A DNA stretch of 32,000 nucleotides from Candidatus Heimdallarchaeota archaeon (GCA_030149205.1 JASBSB010000007.1:240001-272000), one strand, 5' to 3'; positions 1 to 9,957 are shown, counted from the stretch's first letter. Numbers and translations are program-made. Notes: generated by a model not told the origin, from the sequence alone.

Positions 1-1308
1 TTGAGTTATTTTCACTTTAAAAAATCCAGCTGGTGTTTTCTCTTTAATTTCTTGAAATAGTTTATATGGTAGATTTTCAACTTCTGTAGAGTTTATTTCA
101 CCTATTGAAACTTTAGAATTTCTAGTAAAAGTAAGTTCTAATTGTTGTTGATAATTATTGTATCTAACTAGCAAATTTTCTAAGGTTATGTTAGTATTTA
201 CCTTTGCATTTTCAAACTTTTCAATCTCCTCATTCCAAATATTTAGTGGAAGTACTCCGGTATCATCCATCAAATAAAGTTGGGTTAATTTATATTCACC
301 ACCTTTCCCTTCAATAGTTTTGGTTTCCCCAATGTTGGCTATGTTTGCAGATAAATTAATTCCTGTATCTATTAACTCTTCAGTGATATCTGATATCTTT
401 AATATTGTTTTTGAATCTATTCTTTGATTTAGTTTGCTCAATTCTTCATCTTCAACAATTTCAAATGATGAGTAATCTGCAAAAGTTAGACCCAATTCAT
501 TGTTTTTATCTTTTTTAACTTGCAGATTATAAAATTCAAAAACCGAACCAACCTCGAATTTTTCTAACAAAAGACTTTTTTCATTCCAGAAAGTAATTCT
601 TATAGAACCAGATTTATCAATAAGTAATATACTTCCCACTTTCCCACTTGAACCGTCAGCTCTTTGGAAGGTGTTAATTCCATTGTTAAATTTTATTAAC
701 CCCTTAACACTTGTATCTTGAAATTTTTCAGGGTCAATTTCATTAATAGGTATTATTGGAGGTAAGGTCACTTCAGGAAATTCATCTTCATTAATTCCAA
801 TTACATTGGGATCTATTATCGATCCTGAGGTCATAGAGATTTCTACAGTTTCATTTCGACCTAACCTTGGGTCTACATTTGATACACGAACTAATTGTCC
901 AACTGATAGACCTAACTCTTCAACTAAATCAACAGCTTTATCCCAAAGAGTTAAAACTATACCCCCAGATTTATCAATTAATTCAATTTTTCTGAACTTT
1001 CCTGCTGTGTTGTCTTTTCTGGTAAAATGTCTTGTTCTATAAATTTTACTGATTCTACCTATTAAAGAGACAGGCCCCATTCCTGGAGTTAGATCTTCAA
1101 TCAATAACTCTTTTGATCCTCCTGAGGAATCAGTATTTAATGGAACCTCAAGATTGTTTGCTAAAAGATAAGCCGCTCCCTGTTCATTAACAAAATTGTT
1201 TAACTTTTCTTGAGTTTCCTTAACAAGTTTATAAATTTCTTCTTTTGATTTCCCGGTTTTTTTGCTTATTAGGGAAACCACTTCTTCCGTTGATAATTGG
1301 GTACTCAT
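1..1308 (-). CDS. rpa: Replication protein A (multi-OB-fold ssDNA-binding protein), runs off the left edge of the window
   Basis: Not in the ORF track. Manual translation from ATG at 1308 gives MSTQLSTEEVVSLISKKTGKSKEEIY..., an N-terminal helical domain followed by three OB-fold-like repeats (LIDKSGGIVLTLWD, LIDKSGSIRITFWN, LMDDTGVLPLNIWN). No stop seen before position 1. Confidence 0.85.
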   Translation of the reverse strand, partial: MSTQLSTEEVVSLISKKTGKSKEEIYKLVKETQEKLNNFVNEQGAAYLLANNLEVPLNTDSSGGSKELLIEDLTPGMGPVSLIGRISKIYRTRHFTRKDNTAGKFRKIELIDKSGGIVLTLWDKAVDLVEELGLSVGQLVRVSNVDPRLGRNETVEISMTSGSIIDPNVIGINEDEFPEVTLPPIIPINEIDPEKFQDTSVKGLIKFNNGINTFQRADGSSGKVGSILLIDKSGSIRITFWNEKSLLLEKFEVGSVFEFYNLQVKKDKNNELGLTFADYSSFEIVEDEELSKLNQRIDSKTILKISDITEELIDTGINLSANIANIGETKTIEGKGGEYKLTQLYLMDDTGVLPLNIWNEEIEKFENAKVNTNITLENLLVRYNNYQQQLELTFTRNSKVSIGEINSTEVENLPYKLFQEIKEKTPAGFFKVKITQ

Positions 1309-1414
1309 ATTGCTGCCTCGAATTCCTCGGTAATTATAATTAGACTTTGGTTATTTAAAGAGATAGGATAGACACATCATTAAATATAATAATAAACAAT
1401 TTAGCAGACGGGGG

Positions 1415-2581
1415 TTAATTTAATGCGAACTCTCTTGTTGACCCTATATATGTAACATCTAATTCTGTGCATACAGCCTCATTGTTTATTATTTCACTTA
1501 AATTTGGGATTGTTCTTGAATTATCTCCTGATATGAATTCTTTGATGTAAGTTCCCCCCTGGGCTTTTATTAACACTTCAAGTGTTTTAGGGTCGTATTT
1601 TAATATCTCAATTTTTAAAATGTCTTTATGTCTTATTTTGTCAACTCTCCTATGTAAAACTCTTCGAGGTGTTGCTTGGTTTATCTGAAGTGGGTATTTT
1701 ATCTCTTTGATTTTACTTAATTTAGTTAAATCCAACTCATTAGTTAATTTGATTAAAGCTCTGTATTCTTTTACATTAAATTGGGACAGCTCTTTTAATT
1801 CCTTTATTTTTTTTCTGTCACAAAACTCAAGAGAGTTGACACTAACAATATTGGATGCGTTGATTTGTCTTTCTATTAATTCTAAATCCATATTTCTGGT
1901 TGTTGGATTTTTTAATTCTAAAACAAAAGGTCTTCCTTCTCCTAACATTTTTGCATCAATATCTTCCCTTCCTGCTCCATGAAAACTTGAACTTGTATAT
2001 TTTGTTTGAGATTCAAAAGGGTGTGAAATTATCTGTTCCACTGAGAGTTTATACTGTAGTCCAGTTTGACCGCAATTTCTACACCCTTTCCCTTTACATT
2101 TTCTACATGGCCATTTTGTTTGTGGAATCTCTCTAGAAAATTTTCTATATCTTCCATAAATATAAACTGATTTTAACTGAACAGATAAATTAAGTTCATG
2201 TATTGAAATAAAATGAACCTTTATCAGCATGTCAGGATAATTTGAAATCTCAATGTTTCCGAATTTTTGTTCTATAACATTACCAATCTGATTTTTTACT
2301 AAAGTTCGAAGTATCTTGTCGTCAAAATTTAAATTCAACTTCTTGTAAATTGATTTTTTTGTTAGGTTCGGTGCAAAGGAAACCCTAATATTATAACTTT
2401 TGAATTCAAAGTTAGAAATTTTTGTTAGTTTTAACTTTAATATTTTTGCAATTTCTAAAAACATGCCATCACAAAAATTACATTGTCTTTCAGAAGGTTT
2501 ACGAGGTTCTAACGCTAAATTCTCATAAAGATTGAGACTTTTACAAACTTCACAATAAATTGGTACTGTGTTCTCAACCAT
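1415..2581 (-). CDS. pus10: tRNA pseudouridine(54/55) synthase Pus10
   Basis: YIYGRYRKFSREIPQTKWPC, catalytic GREDIDAKMLGEGRPFVLE, and GGTYIKEFISGD motifs; N-terminal CxxC pair. Confidence 0.95.
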   Translation of the reverse strand: MVENTVPIYCEVCKSLNLYENLALEPRKPSERQCNFCDGMFLEIAKILKLKLTKISNFEFKSYNIRVSFAPNLTKKSIYKKLNLNFDDKILRTLVKNQIGNVIEQKFGNIEISNYPDMLIKVHFISIHELNLSVQLKSVYIYGRYRKFSREIPQTKWPCRKCKGKGCRNCGQTGLQYKLSVEQIISHPFESQTKYTSSSFHGAGREDIDAKMLGEGRPFVLELKNPTTRNMDLELIERQINASNIVSVNSLEFCDRKKIKELKELSQFNVKEYRALIKLTNELDLTKLSKIKEIKYPLQINQATPRRVLHRRVDKIRHKDILKIEILKYDPKTLEVLIKAQGGTYIKEFISGDNSRTIPNLSEIINNEAVCTELDVTYIGSTREFALN

Positions 2582-2652
2582 AATTAAATTAGAGGTTAAG
2601 AGCTATAATTATGTTTAGGTTTATTTCATACAGCTTGATTATGATGTAATCT

Positions 2653-4248
2653 TCATTTATTTAACAGTTTAATTAAGTTAATATCGTGTGATTTCAAATT
2701 TATGATTATTACCTCTCCAGGTGTGGGCGTAATGTTTAGTGCTTTTTGATAGCTTGTTTGATTTTGCATAGTTCCACTGTTTACTATCTTTACTCCATTG
2801 TAACTCCCTAAATCATTTATGTGAATATGTCCCCCATGAAATACATCGGGTACTTTTTCAATTACCAAATTATCTATTGGTTCTGGAGCTATTGGGGTTT
2901 TACTGTCCCAAATAGGTGCTAAATGCCTTGCTTGTAGCATCTTAATCATCACTTCTTTTGGTTTTTCAATTTTCAATCCTGGTATGTGGTTTATGATATC
3001 GGGAAGACTAGTACAATGATATAATAAATTGCTTACACCATGTATTGAAACCTGAGAAGGATTAGGTAAAGAGACAACATTTTTATTCTTGTGTAATTCA
3101 GGTGAATAAACTGGATTAATTCTAGGTTGGGGCTCTGCAGACCTTACATGGTCATGGTTCCCAGGAATTATAATAATTTGAACGTCATCCGGGAACTTCT
3201 CAAGATACTCTGCGAACTTATTATATTGGCTTTTTATATCAGAAATTACAAGTTCTTTTTCCTGATCAGGATAAATTCCAACCCCATCAACAACATCCCC
3301 TGCAAAAATAACATATTTAGTATTTTCTCCTAAACTTCGAGTTTTTTTGTTCCCCCATCTCCCATTTAAAAACAAAATAAAATTTTCTAATGCATCCTCG
3401 ATGAATCCATCAGATCCTATGTGAATATCAGACAAATAAGCTACGTGTACTGGTATTTTAGAATAATGTGTTCTGTTCAATTTTGGAATATCTGGAAGTA
3501 TGATTTCAGATACAATGACTAAATCCTGAGACTTTACAAATCCCTTGATGGCAATGACCATATCATTCATCAAACGAGTCGCCTCCTCGACAAGTCCTGG
3601 GTTACTTTTTGGAACTATAACTGACACAGCAGCTTCACAATTTGGGTCTTCTAAAGTTAACGTTGCACCCCCTCCACTTGAAAATTTTTTGTCTGTAATC
3701 ATACCAATAATTGAAACATTTTTTTCTTTTACATTTTTTACATTTTTAAGTGAAATTAAATTTTCTAAATCTCTTCTATTTATTAATATTGATTTTAATA
3801 TTGAAAACCTGCTTCGAAAATAAGTCAAAAAATCATCAATATGACCTAATCTTTTCTTGCTAAATTCTGGTTCCCATAATATTTCAATATCAGGTTCAAA
3901 GTTCAACAATGGTTGTAAGTCAACTTCCTTTGATTTAATAATTGCTTTCCCAGAGAAATGACTGGCAGTCGATTTTCTAGTTATTTCTGTTAATGGAATA
4001 TTGGTAACTGCAGATTGGGTATATATGGCTTGTTCATTATTAATTGTGAAACTCAATATTCCATGGTTTTGCAGAACATTTTTGATGTCATTAAATTGAT
4101 TTTGGTCTAAATTTTTCTCAAGAAACAACTCTAATGACCCCTCATTTGTCTCCAGAAACGATTTTAATGAATTTAGTGTTTTGGGTGTAACTGGATACCC
4201 CTTGCTTAAAAGTACCTTAACTACATTTTTAAGCTTTGTTTCTTCCAT
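2653..4248 (-). CDS. polD1: DNA polymerase D small (proofreading exonuclease) subunit DP1
   Basis: OB-fold region plus calcineurin-like motifs SDIHIGS, GDVVDG, PGNHD, GGHIH; LQARHLAP. Confidence 0.95.
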   Translation of the reverse strand: MEETKLKNVVKVLLSKGYPVTPKTLNSLKSFLETNEGSLELFLEKNLDQNQFNDIKNVLQNHGILSFTINNEQAIYTQSAVTNIPLTEITRKSTASHFSGKAIIKSKEVDLQPLLNFEPDIEILWEPEFSKKRLGHIDDFLTYFRSRFSILKSILINRRDLENLISLKNVKNVKEKNVSIIGMITDKKFSSGGGATLTLEDPNCEAAVSVIVPKSNPGLVEEATRLMNDMVIAIKGFVKSQDLVIVSEIILPDIPKLNRTHYSKIPVHVAYLSDIHIGSDGFIEDALENFILFLNGRWGNKKTRSLGENTKYVIFAGDVVDGVGIYPDQEKELVISDIKSQYNKFAEYLEKFPDDVQIIIIPGNHDHVRSAEPQPRINPVYSPELHKNKNVVSLPNPSQVSIHGVSNLLYHCTSLPDIINHIPGLKIEKPKEVMIKMLQARHLAPIWDSKTPIAPEPIDNLVIEKVPDVFHGGHIHINDLGSYNGVKIVNSGTMQNQTSYQKALNITPTPGEVIIINLKSHDINLIKLLNK

Positions 4249-4353
4249 AATTAAGGATTACCTTACTTTAATATAAGCCTTTATAGTTTGAACATAATAA
4301 TATTGACCAGATTATAACCATATTCTTTTAATTTTAGAATATTGTACTTGATT

Positions 4354-6210
4354 GTGACTCGTCTCGCCATTGTTGATCCAGATTCATGCAAATCAAGTGA
4401 ATGTGCACTTGAATGCATAAAATATTGCCCAGTTAATCGCACAGGGTCAGATTGTATCGTTTTAGGAGAAAACAAAATTGTTTCAATATCAGAAATTCTC
4501 TGTAACGGTTGTGGAATTTGTGTTAAAAAATGTCCTTTCGATGCTATCACCATCATTAACCTGCCAGAAGACCTAGATAGTCAAATAACACACAGGTATG
4601 GGGCAAATCTGTTCAAGTTACATCGATTACCCATACCGAGGGCAGGTAAGGTGGTTGGTCTTGTAGGTCAAAATGGTGCAGGGAAATCAACCTCATTGAA
4701 AATTTTAGCTGGTCAAATCATTCCAAATTTAGGGTTAGTTGACAAAGACGTATCTTGGGATGAGGTCATCTCTCATTTTAAAGGGAGTGAACTTCAATTA
4801 TATTTCGATAAGCTCTCTAAAGGTAAAATTCAAATGGCTGTAAAACCACAGAATATCGAACTCATCCCCAAAGTTTCAACTGGTATTGTAAAGGATCTGA
4901 TTTTAAATGTAAATTCCTCCAGATTTCAAGAACATGAAATTATTCAAAAATTTCAGCTTGAAAATATTTGGGATAGGTCAATTTCACAACTAAGCGGGGG
5001 TGAATTGCAAAAAGTGGCAATTGCAGCGACCTTGGTAAAAGATGTCGAAGCATATTTTATTGATGAACCAAGCAGCTTTTTGGATGTCAAAGAACGAATG
5101 AAAATGGCCTCTCTAATTAGAGAATTGGCTCAAGAAGACAAGATGTTAATAATTGTTGAACACGATTTGACCTTATTAGATTATTTGAGTGATTATATTC
5201 ATATCTATTATGGTTCTCCAGGTGCTTATGGAGTAGTCACCCAACCTCTTAATGTACGTGAGGGAATAAATATTTTCCTTGATGGATTTATACCGTCTGA
5301 AAATATGAGATTTCGCGATGTTCCAATTAAATTTCAAAGGTCAGAATTATCTTCTTCTATCGTTCATCAAAAAGACCCTTTTATTAGATACGGGGCGTTT
5401 ACAAAATCATATGATTCTTTTACGTTTTCTAATGAGAGTGGTGAACTTTATAGTGGTGATATTGTTGGTATAATCGGGCCAAACGGAATAGGTAAAACAA
5501 CATTTGTTAAAATGATTGCAGGGGTACTTGATCCCACAACAAAAAATGGTGATTTAGAGCTATTACATAAACGAGTTTTTCAAGAAGAAGAAGAAGAGGA
5601 ACAAGAGAATGAATCTGATATACAACCTTTAAAAATAAAATTAAAACCACAATACCTAGTTGACTATTCAGAATCAGAAAAAACAGTTCTTGAATATATC
5701 AATTCAATTGATCCCACATCAATTAATAGTGCATTTCTAAAAACAGAACTGTTTACACCCTTAAATATTGATGCAGTTTTGAATAGAGAGTTAAAAACAC
5801 TTAGTGGGGGTGAATTACAGAAAGTAGTTATAATGTTAACCTTAATTGATGATGCAGATTTATACCTTTTTGATGAACCATCAGCATTTATTTCCGCTGA
5901 AGACCGTGTCCGTGTTGCCAAAGCAATAAGGAGAATTACATTAAATCGAAAATCAACAGCGATAGTTATTGAGCATGATTTGCTACTTCAAACTTATATA
6001 TCAGATCGAATAATTTATTTTTCAGGTGAACCTGGTAAAACGGGTAAGGCAAGCTCTCCTCTCTCCATAAAGGAGGGTATGAATACCTTTCTAAAAGACC
6101 AATCAATAACATTTCGAACTGACCCTGACACAAAAAGACCACGTGTAAATAAACTTAATAGCAAATTAGACAAGTTACAAAAATCACAAGGAATTTATTA
6201 TGAGACTTAA
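4354..6210 (+). CDS. rli: ABCE1/RLI ribosome recycling ATPase (FeS domain plus two ABC domains)
   Basis: N-terminal FeS cysteines (CKSSECALECIKYCP, CNGCGICVKKCPF); Walker A GQNGAGKS and GPNGIGKT; LSGGELQ twice. GTG at 4354 (MTRLAIVD) preferred over TTG at 4342 because it matches the usual N-terminus. Confidence 0.97.
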   Translation: MTRLAIVDPDSCKSSECALECIKYCPVNRTGSDCIVLGENKIVSISEILCNGCGICVKKCPFDAITIINLPEDLDSQITHRYGANLFKLHRLPIPRAGKVVGLVGQNGAGKSTSLKILAGQIIPNLGLVDKDVSWDEVISHFKGSELQLYFDKLSKGKIQMAVKPQNIELIPKVSTGIVKDLILNVNSSRFQEHEIIQKFQLENIWDRSISQLSGGELQKVAIAATLVKDVEAYFIDEPSSFLDVKERMKMASLIRELAQEDKMLIIVEHDLTLLDYLSDYIHIYYGSPGAYGVVTQPLNVREGINIFLDGFIPSENMRFRDVPIKFQRSELSSSIVHQKDPFIRYGAFTKSYDSFTFSNESGELYSGDIVGIIGPNGIGKTTFVKMIAGVLDPTTKNGDLELLHKRVFQEEEEEEQENESDIQPLKIKLKPQYLVDYSESEKTVLEYINSIDPTSINSAFLKTELFTPLNIDAVLNRELKTLSGGELQKVVIMLTLIDDADLYLFDEPSAFISAEDRVRVAKAIRRITLNRKSTAIVIEHDLLLQTYISDRIIYFSGEPGKTGKASSPLSIKEGMNTFLKDQSITFRTDPDTKRPRVNKLNSKLDKLQKSQGIYYET

Positions 6211-6256
6211 TTTTAAGTTCTTTTTAATTGAAAATTGAATATTAATATGAGAGAAT

Positions 6257-7099
6257 ATGTTTGATTTCATTAGTTTCATATCTTCGCAATTTCCTTATCC
6301 GGTTAGTGAAAATTTAATAAATTTTAGAATTTTAATCTATTCTGGATCATTATTTTTTATTTCAATAATTTTGTTGATATTTTATGTTAAAACAAAAAGA
6401 GATGTATCAAATCCATTTATGAAAAAGCTTTCTCGCAGCTATTGGAATTCCCTCGTTGGATTAGGATTGATTAATTTAAATTTCTTTTTGACTTCTCTTT
6501 CTTTGCTTTTAACTCACGGTAAAATCATGATCTTTGGCAATGAAAAGTCTTTTTTCTATTTACTTGGAAACCTTATGTTTTTTTTTGGAATTATGAAAGT
6601 CTCTTTAAACATTATATCATTCACAAAATTTGGTAGAAAATTATATATTCTTTTTTCTTATTCTGTTATAGCAATTGGAATACTAGGTTTTATGATGATT
6701 TTTTCAGAAATATACTTGCATAACTCAAACAAATATCTGATTACTGGGAATTTTGTCCTTAAAATTTTTGGTATGTTGTATCTTCTTCTTCTATTAGTTA
6801 GCTTGGTTGCCCTAACCTTAGAAAGGAAAAACAACCCGAGTAAAATAGAATTAATGAGGATTAATTTTCTTTCTTTAATTCTCCTCTTACAGACAAGTCA
6901 ATTAATTCTTCGTCTATTAATACTGTTTTTTCAAAATAACCAGTTTGTCAGTGTCTATTTGATTTTTTTCATTTCCCCTATTTTAGATTTTGCTGTGATA
7001 ATAGTCTGTGCGGTTCTATTTTATTGGTCAATATATACCCCCACTTGGGTCATGATTAAATTCTCTGTGATTCCAAAAGGTTATCAATCAGTTATCTAA
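6257..7099 (+). CDS. Uncharacterised membrane protein with about 7 TM helices
   Basis: 280 aa with about seven hydrophobic segments counted by eye; no recognisable catalytic motif. Confidence 0.75.
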   Translation: MFDFISFISSQFPYPVSENLINFRILIYSGSLFFISIILLIFYVKTKRDVSNPFMKKLSRSYWNSLVGLGLINLNFFLTSLSLLLTHGKIMIFGNEKSFFYLLGNLMFFFGIMKVSLNIISFTKFGRKLYILFSYSVIAIGILGFMMIFSEIYLHNSNKYLITGNFVLKIFGMLYLLLLLVSLVALTLERKNNPSKIELMRINFLSLILLLQTSQLILRLLILFFQNNQFVSVYLIFFISPILDFAVIIVCAVLFYWSIYTPTWVMIKFSVIPKGYQSVI

Positions 7100-7695
7100 A
7101 CCTTTAACACGTGTCCCCCATCTCTTAAGATTATATTTTTGTTTCCACTCAAATCAACAATCGTGGATGGTTTTCCACTCAATTCATAATCCCATTTTAT
7201 GAGCACACCAATCTTCTCAATTAATTTCCAGTTTAAATTTTCCACAACAGTTGGCACCTTTTCACCTGAAATATTTGCACTTGTAGTAACTATTGGATGT
7301 CCTAACTTTCTTATAATTTGTGAAATTTCCCCGGCTATTATCCGAATTCCTATAGTATTCTGTTCCACTTCTAATTTTTCTTTTCCTTTTTCTGTTAGAT
7401 TAACTACAAATGTAAAGGGTCCCGGTAGATTTTTTTTTAATATTTCATATGCTTTCGAATCTAGATTTGTATATTCGGTAATTTGCTTTAACGTCCCAAA
7501 TGCCGCACTTAGAAATTTAGACCCATCTCTTTTTTTTAGTAAATTTATTTTCCAACATATCTCTTTTTTATAAATTCCTCCTATACCTGCAACAGTGTCT
7601 GTGGGGTAGATCATTAGCTCCCCCTCTTTTAACAAATCTACTATTTCATCCTTCTTTTCTTCTGACATCTTTTCAAACTTATATTGTTTTAGCAT
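7096..7695 (-). CDS. sua5: Threonylcarbamoyl-AMP synthase, short YrdC/TsaC-type Sua5
   Basis: IYPTDTV, KKRD, LPGPFT and TTSANISG motifs; 199 aa with no C-terminal SUA5 domain; SD GAGGT upstream. Confidence 0.92.
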   Translation of the reverse strand: MLKQYKFEKMSEEKKDEIVDLLKEGELMIYPTDTVAGIGGIYKKEICWKINLLKKRDGSKFLSAAFGTLKQITEYTNLDSKAYEILKKNLPGPFTFVVNLTEKGKEKLEVEQNTIGIRIIAGEISQIIRKLGHPIVTTSANISGEKVPTVVENLNWKLIEKIGVLIKWDYELSGKPSTIVDLSGNKNIILRDGGHVLKV

Positions 7696-7698
7696 TTT

Positions 7699-7771
7699 AT
7701 AACCTCAGAACTCAAATAGCTCGTCATCAACATTAAATTGTTTCAGTAAGGCAAGATTCATCATCAGTTAT
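7699..7771 (-). ncRNA. Box C/D guide sRNA
   Basis: Minus strand reads ATAACT-G-ATGATGA (C)-ATCTTGCCTTA-CTGA (D')-12 nt-TTGATGA (C')-CGAGCTATTTGAGTT-CTGA (D)-GGTTAT. All four boxes are near consensus and the ends form a 6-bp stem in K-turn geometry. Confidence 0.85.
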
Positions 7772-7906
7772 CCTCTTTTTTATTGTGGTAATTTAAATTT
7801 TCCCTAACTAATTTTTTGATTTTTTTTGAAACATTCCTTATTTTTGTTTGAAAATATTAAAATTAGATTAACAGTTATTACCATATGTACATTGGTGCTT
7901 AATTAA

Positions 7907-8422
7907 ATGGATGAAATTTTAGATATTTGTCATTCAATACTTGTTCAAACCCCTGGTGTTTCACGAGTTATTGTTGCCGATAAAACTGGTCTTACAATAG
8001 CAAATGTGAGTCGGTTTGAATTTAACCTTAGAGATTTAGACGCTATGGGTGCAATTTCATCCGCTGTTTATCTCGCATCAGAACAACAAGGTTCTAACGT
8101 TGGTTTGTCAGAAATGAATATGTTGGTCGCAGAATTTAAAGGAGGGAAAATTATGATAGCCTCTTGTGGTAGTGCGGTACTTTGTGTTTTTACTGATAAC
8201 GATGTTGCTCTAGGCATGGCAAGAATGACCATAAATAAAGCAGCAAAGTCAATTGAAGATATTCTAAATAAAAGAATATCTCAAAGTTCTTCATTAGATC
8301 ACATAGGTTCACTAGAGGCAGCACTTGAGAGTGATATTCAATCTCTTCCAGACAACGTCGAAGAAGAGGATGAGTTTCTCACAGATCTTCAAAGTGCTTT
8401 GAAAGAACTAGAACATTTCTGA
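7907..8422 (+). CDS. Roadblock/LC7 (MglB-like) domain protein with acidic C-terminal extension
   Basis: PGVSRVIVADKTGLTIA ... GAISSAVY ... GKIMIASCG..AVLCVFT ... LGMARMTI roadblock pattern, then about 50 aa of acidic tail. Confidence 0.85.
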   Translation: MDEILDICHSILVQTPGVSRVIVADKTGLTIANVSRFEFNLRDLDAMGAISSAVYLASEQQGSNVGLSEMNMLVAEFKGGKIMIASCGSAVLCVFTDNDVALGMARMTINKAAKSIEDILNKRISQSSSLDHIGSLEAALESDIQSLPDNVEEEDEFLTDLQSALKELEHF

Positions 8423-8428
8423 ATTATA

Positions 8429-8707
8429 CTATTCATTTTCAAAAAATGTGTTAATCTCATAGCTCTTTTCCCATTTGCTAAACAGTTCTTTAATTAGTTT
8501 TCCTCCTTCATTATTTTCATTGATTAGAAATATCCTAATTTTCCCAAAATTTTTTTCTGTTACTATATTTTGGTCTTTCAACTCTTCCAAATAAATCTTT
8601 AATCGCGAATGATTTATTCTGGCTTTTTTTGCTATGGCTGTTACATTCAACTCTGTTTCTTTGGTTAACAGTGCTAAAATCTTGACCTTACTTGCTCCAG
8701 ATAACAC
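8429..8707 (-). CDS. ArsR-like winged-helix DNA-binding protein
   Basis: KVKILALL...ELNVTAIAKKARINHSRLKIYLEEL...IVTEKNFGKIRIF wHTH pattern; co-oriented 26 nt downstream of cdc6; GTG start uncertain. Confidence 0.8.
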   Translation of the reverse strand: MLSGASKVKILALLTKETELNVTAIAKKARINHSRLKIYLEELKDQNIVTEKNFGKIRIFLINENNEGGKLIKELFSKWEKSYEINTFFENE

Positions 8708-8733
8708 TTTTTCTAAAGGTGGTAGAGGACTAG

Positions 8734-9957
8734 TTAAGATTCTTTGTACTTTTGTAATATTTGCTGTAATTTCTTCAACAACTCCTGTTCTAACTCTAGT
8801 GCACTTGTATCTTGTATAGAGATTAATTTTGTATTTCCTCTATGACCCAACCCAGATTTTTCTGCAGCTATAATCTCTAAAAATTCAAGTTCTTGTATAT
8901 ACTCCCAAACTTGTGTGTGTTGGCGTGGTTCAATTTCTATCTCTTCTGCGGCTATTTTATATGCTTCTTCTGCATCTCCTGTGGTTATATAAGCACCCTT
9001 TGTTTTTCGTAATCTTTGCGTTATTCCGTATAGCAGAAGAATCTTGTGTATTGATAGTTCTTGTAGTGTTTCTCTTAGAAGAGATGGGTCTACGTTGGCT
9101 TTTGCTTTTCTAGCATGTTCAGGGTAAACAATTTTACTATTTTCACTGTCTGCAATCTTCCCGGCAATTAATAATAACTCAAGTGCGTGTCTTGCATCCC
9201 CTCCTCTAATTTCTGCAATATCTGCTATGAGTTGTGTTGTTTCATCAGTCACACTTCCTGGTCTGAAACATTCGTCAAGCCTATTTTGTATTATGCTTAT
9301 CAATTCTTCTTTGGAGTAAGGGGGGCAAGAGATAATTGGTGCTCTTAAACTGCTTGTTGTGCTTTTATCAAGATACTTAATAAATCTTGAACTTCTTGCA
9401 ATTACAAGTAAAATAAGTTGATGTTTTGTCTTTTGCTTGTCATCACTTGTTCTACTCAATGCGTATAAGAGCTCTTTTCCACCTTTATGGATCACATGCT
9501 CTATTTCATCTAGCACTAAAACGAGTGTTAATCTTTTATTTTCTAATATTTCAACAATCATCTCAAGAAGCTCGTCTGCTGCATACCCTCTACTAGCTAC
9601 CTTTGAATTTAACTCTCGAGCAACACTTAATAATATCATAAATGGTGTTTTTGTTCTTCTGCAATTTATATGAATAAACTTAATTTTGTTTTCCTTTTTT
9701 TCCTCTGACTTTAGTTGCAACCATTGTCCAAATTTTTTTGCAATTGATGTTTTACCTGACCCAACATTCCCTGTGATAATTATTTGTTTTGTCCCCAACT
9801 GGCCTGTAAATATCCCCCCAAGATAATTTGCCATTTTTTTAAGCTGTTCTTCTCTAAATGGAAGCTGTTTTGGGAGATATTCTGTTGAAAGTTTATTTTC
9901 ATCAATGATTACCGAGGGATGTTTTAGAGCTTCATCAAGAATATCAAGACTATCCAT
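8734..9957 (-). CDS. cdc6: Orc1/Cdc6 family AAA+ replication initiator (paralog A)
   Basis: LPFREEQ, Walker A GNVGSGKT, FIHINC, Walker B LVLDEIE, GDARHALELL, C-terminal winged helix. Confidence 0.95.
   Translation of the reverse strand: MDSLDILDEALKHPSVIIDENKLSTEYLPKQLPFREEQLKKMANYLGGIFTGQLGTKQIIITGNVGSGKTSIAKKFGQWLQLKSEEKKENKIKFIHINCRRTKTPFMILLSVARELNSKVASRGYAADELLEMIVEILENKRLTLVLVLDEIEHVIHKGGKELLYALSRTSDDKQKTKHQLILLVIARSSRFIKYLDKSTTSSLRAPIISCPPYSKEELISIIQNRLDECFRPGSVTDETTQLIADIAEIRGGDARHALELLLIAGKIADSENSKIVYPEHARKAKANVDPSLLRETLQELSIHKILLLYGITQRLRKTKGAYITTGDAEEAYKIAAEEIEIEPRQHTQVWEYIQELEFLEIIAAEKSGLGHRGNTKLISIQDTSALELEQELLKKLQQILQKYKES

Noticed and set aside
6900-7060. 7TM protein as a microbial rhodopsin
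   Set aside because: No Schiff-base lysine (DxxxK) in the last helix.
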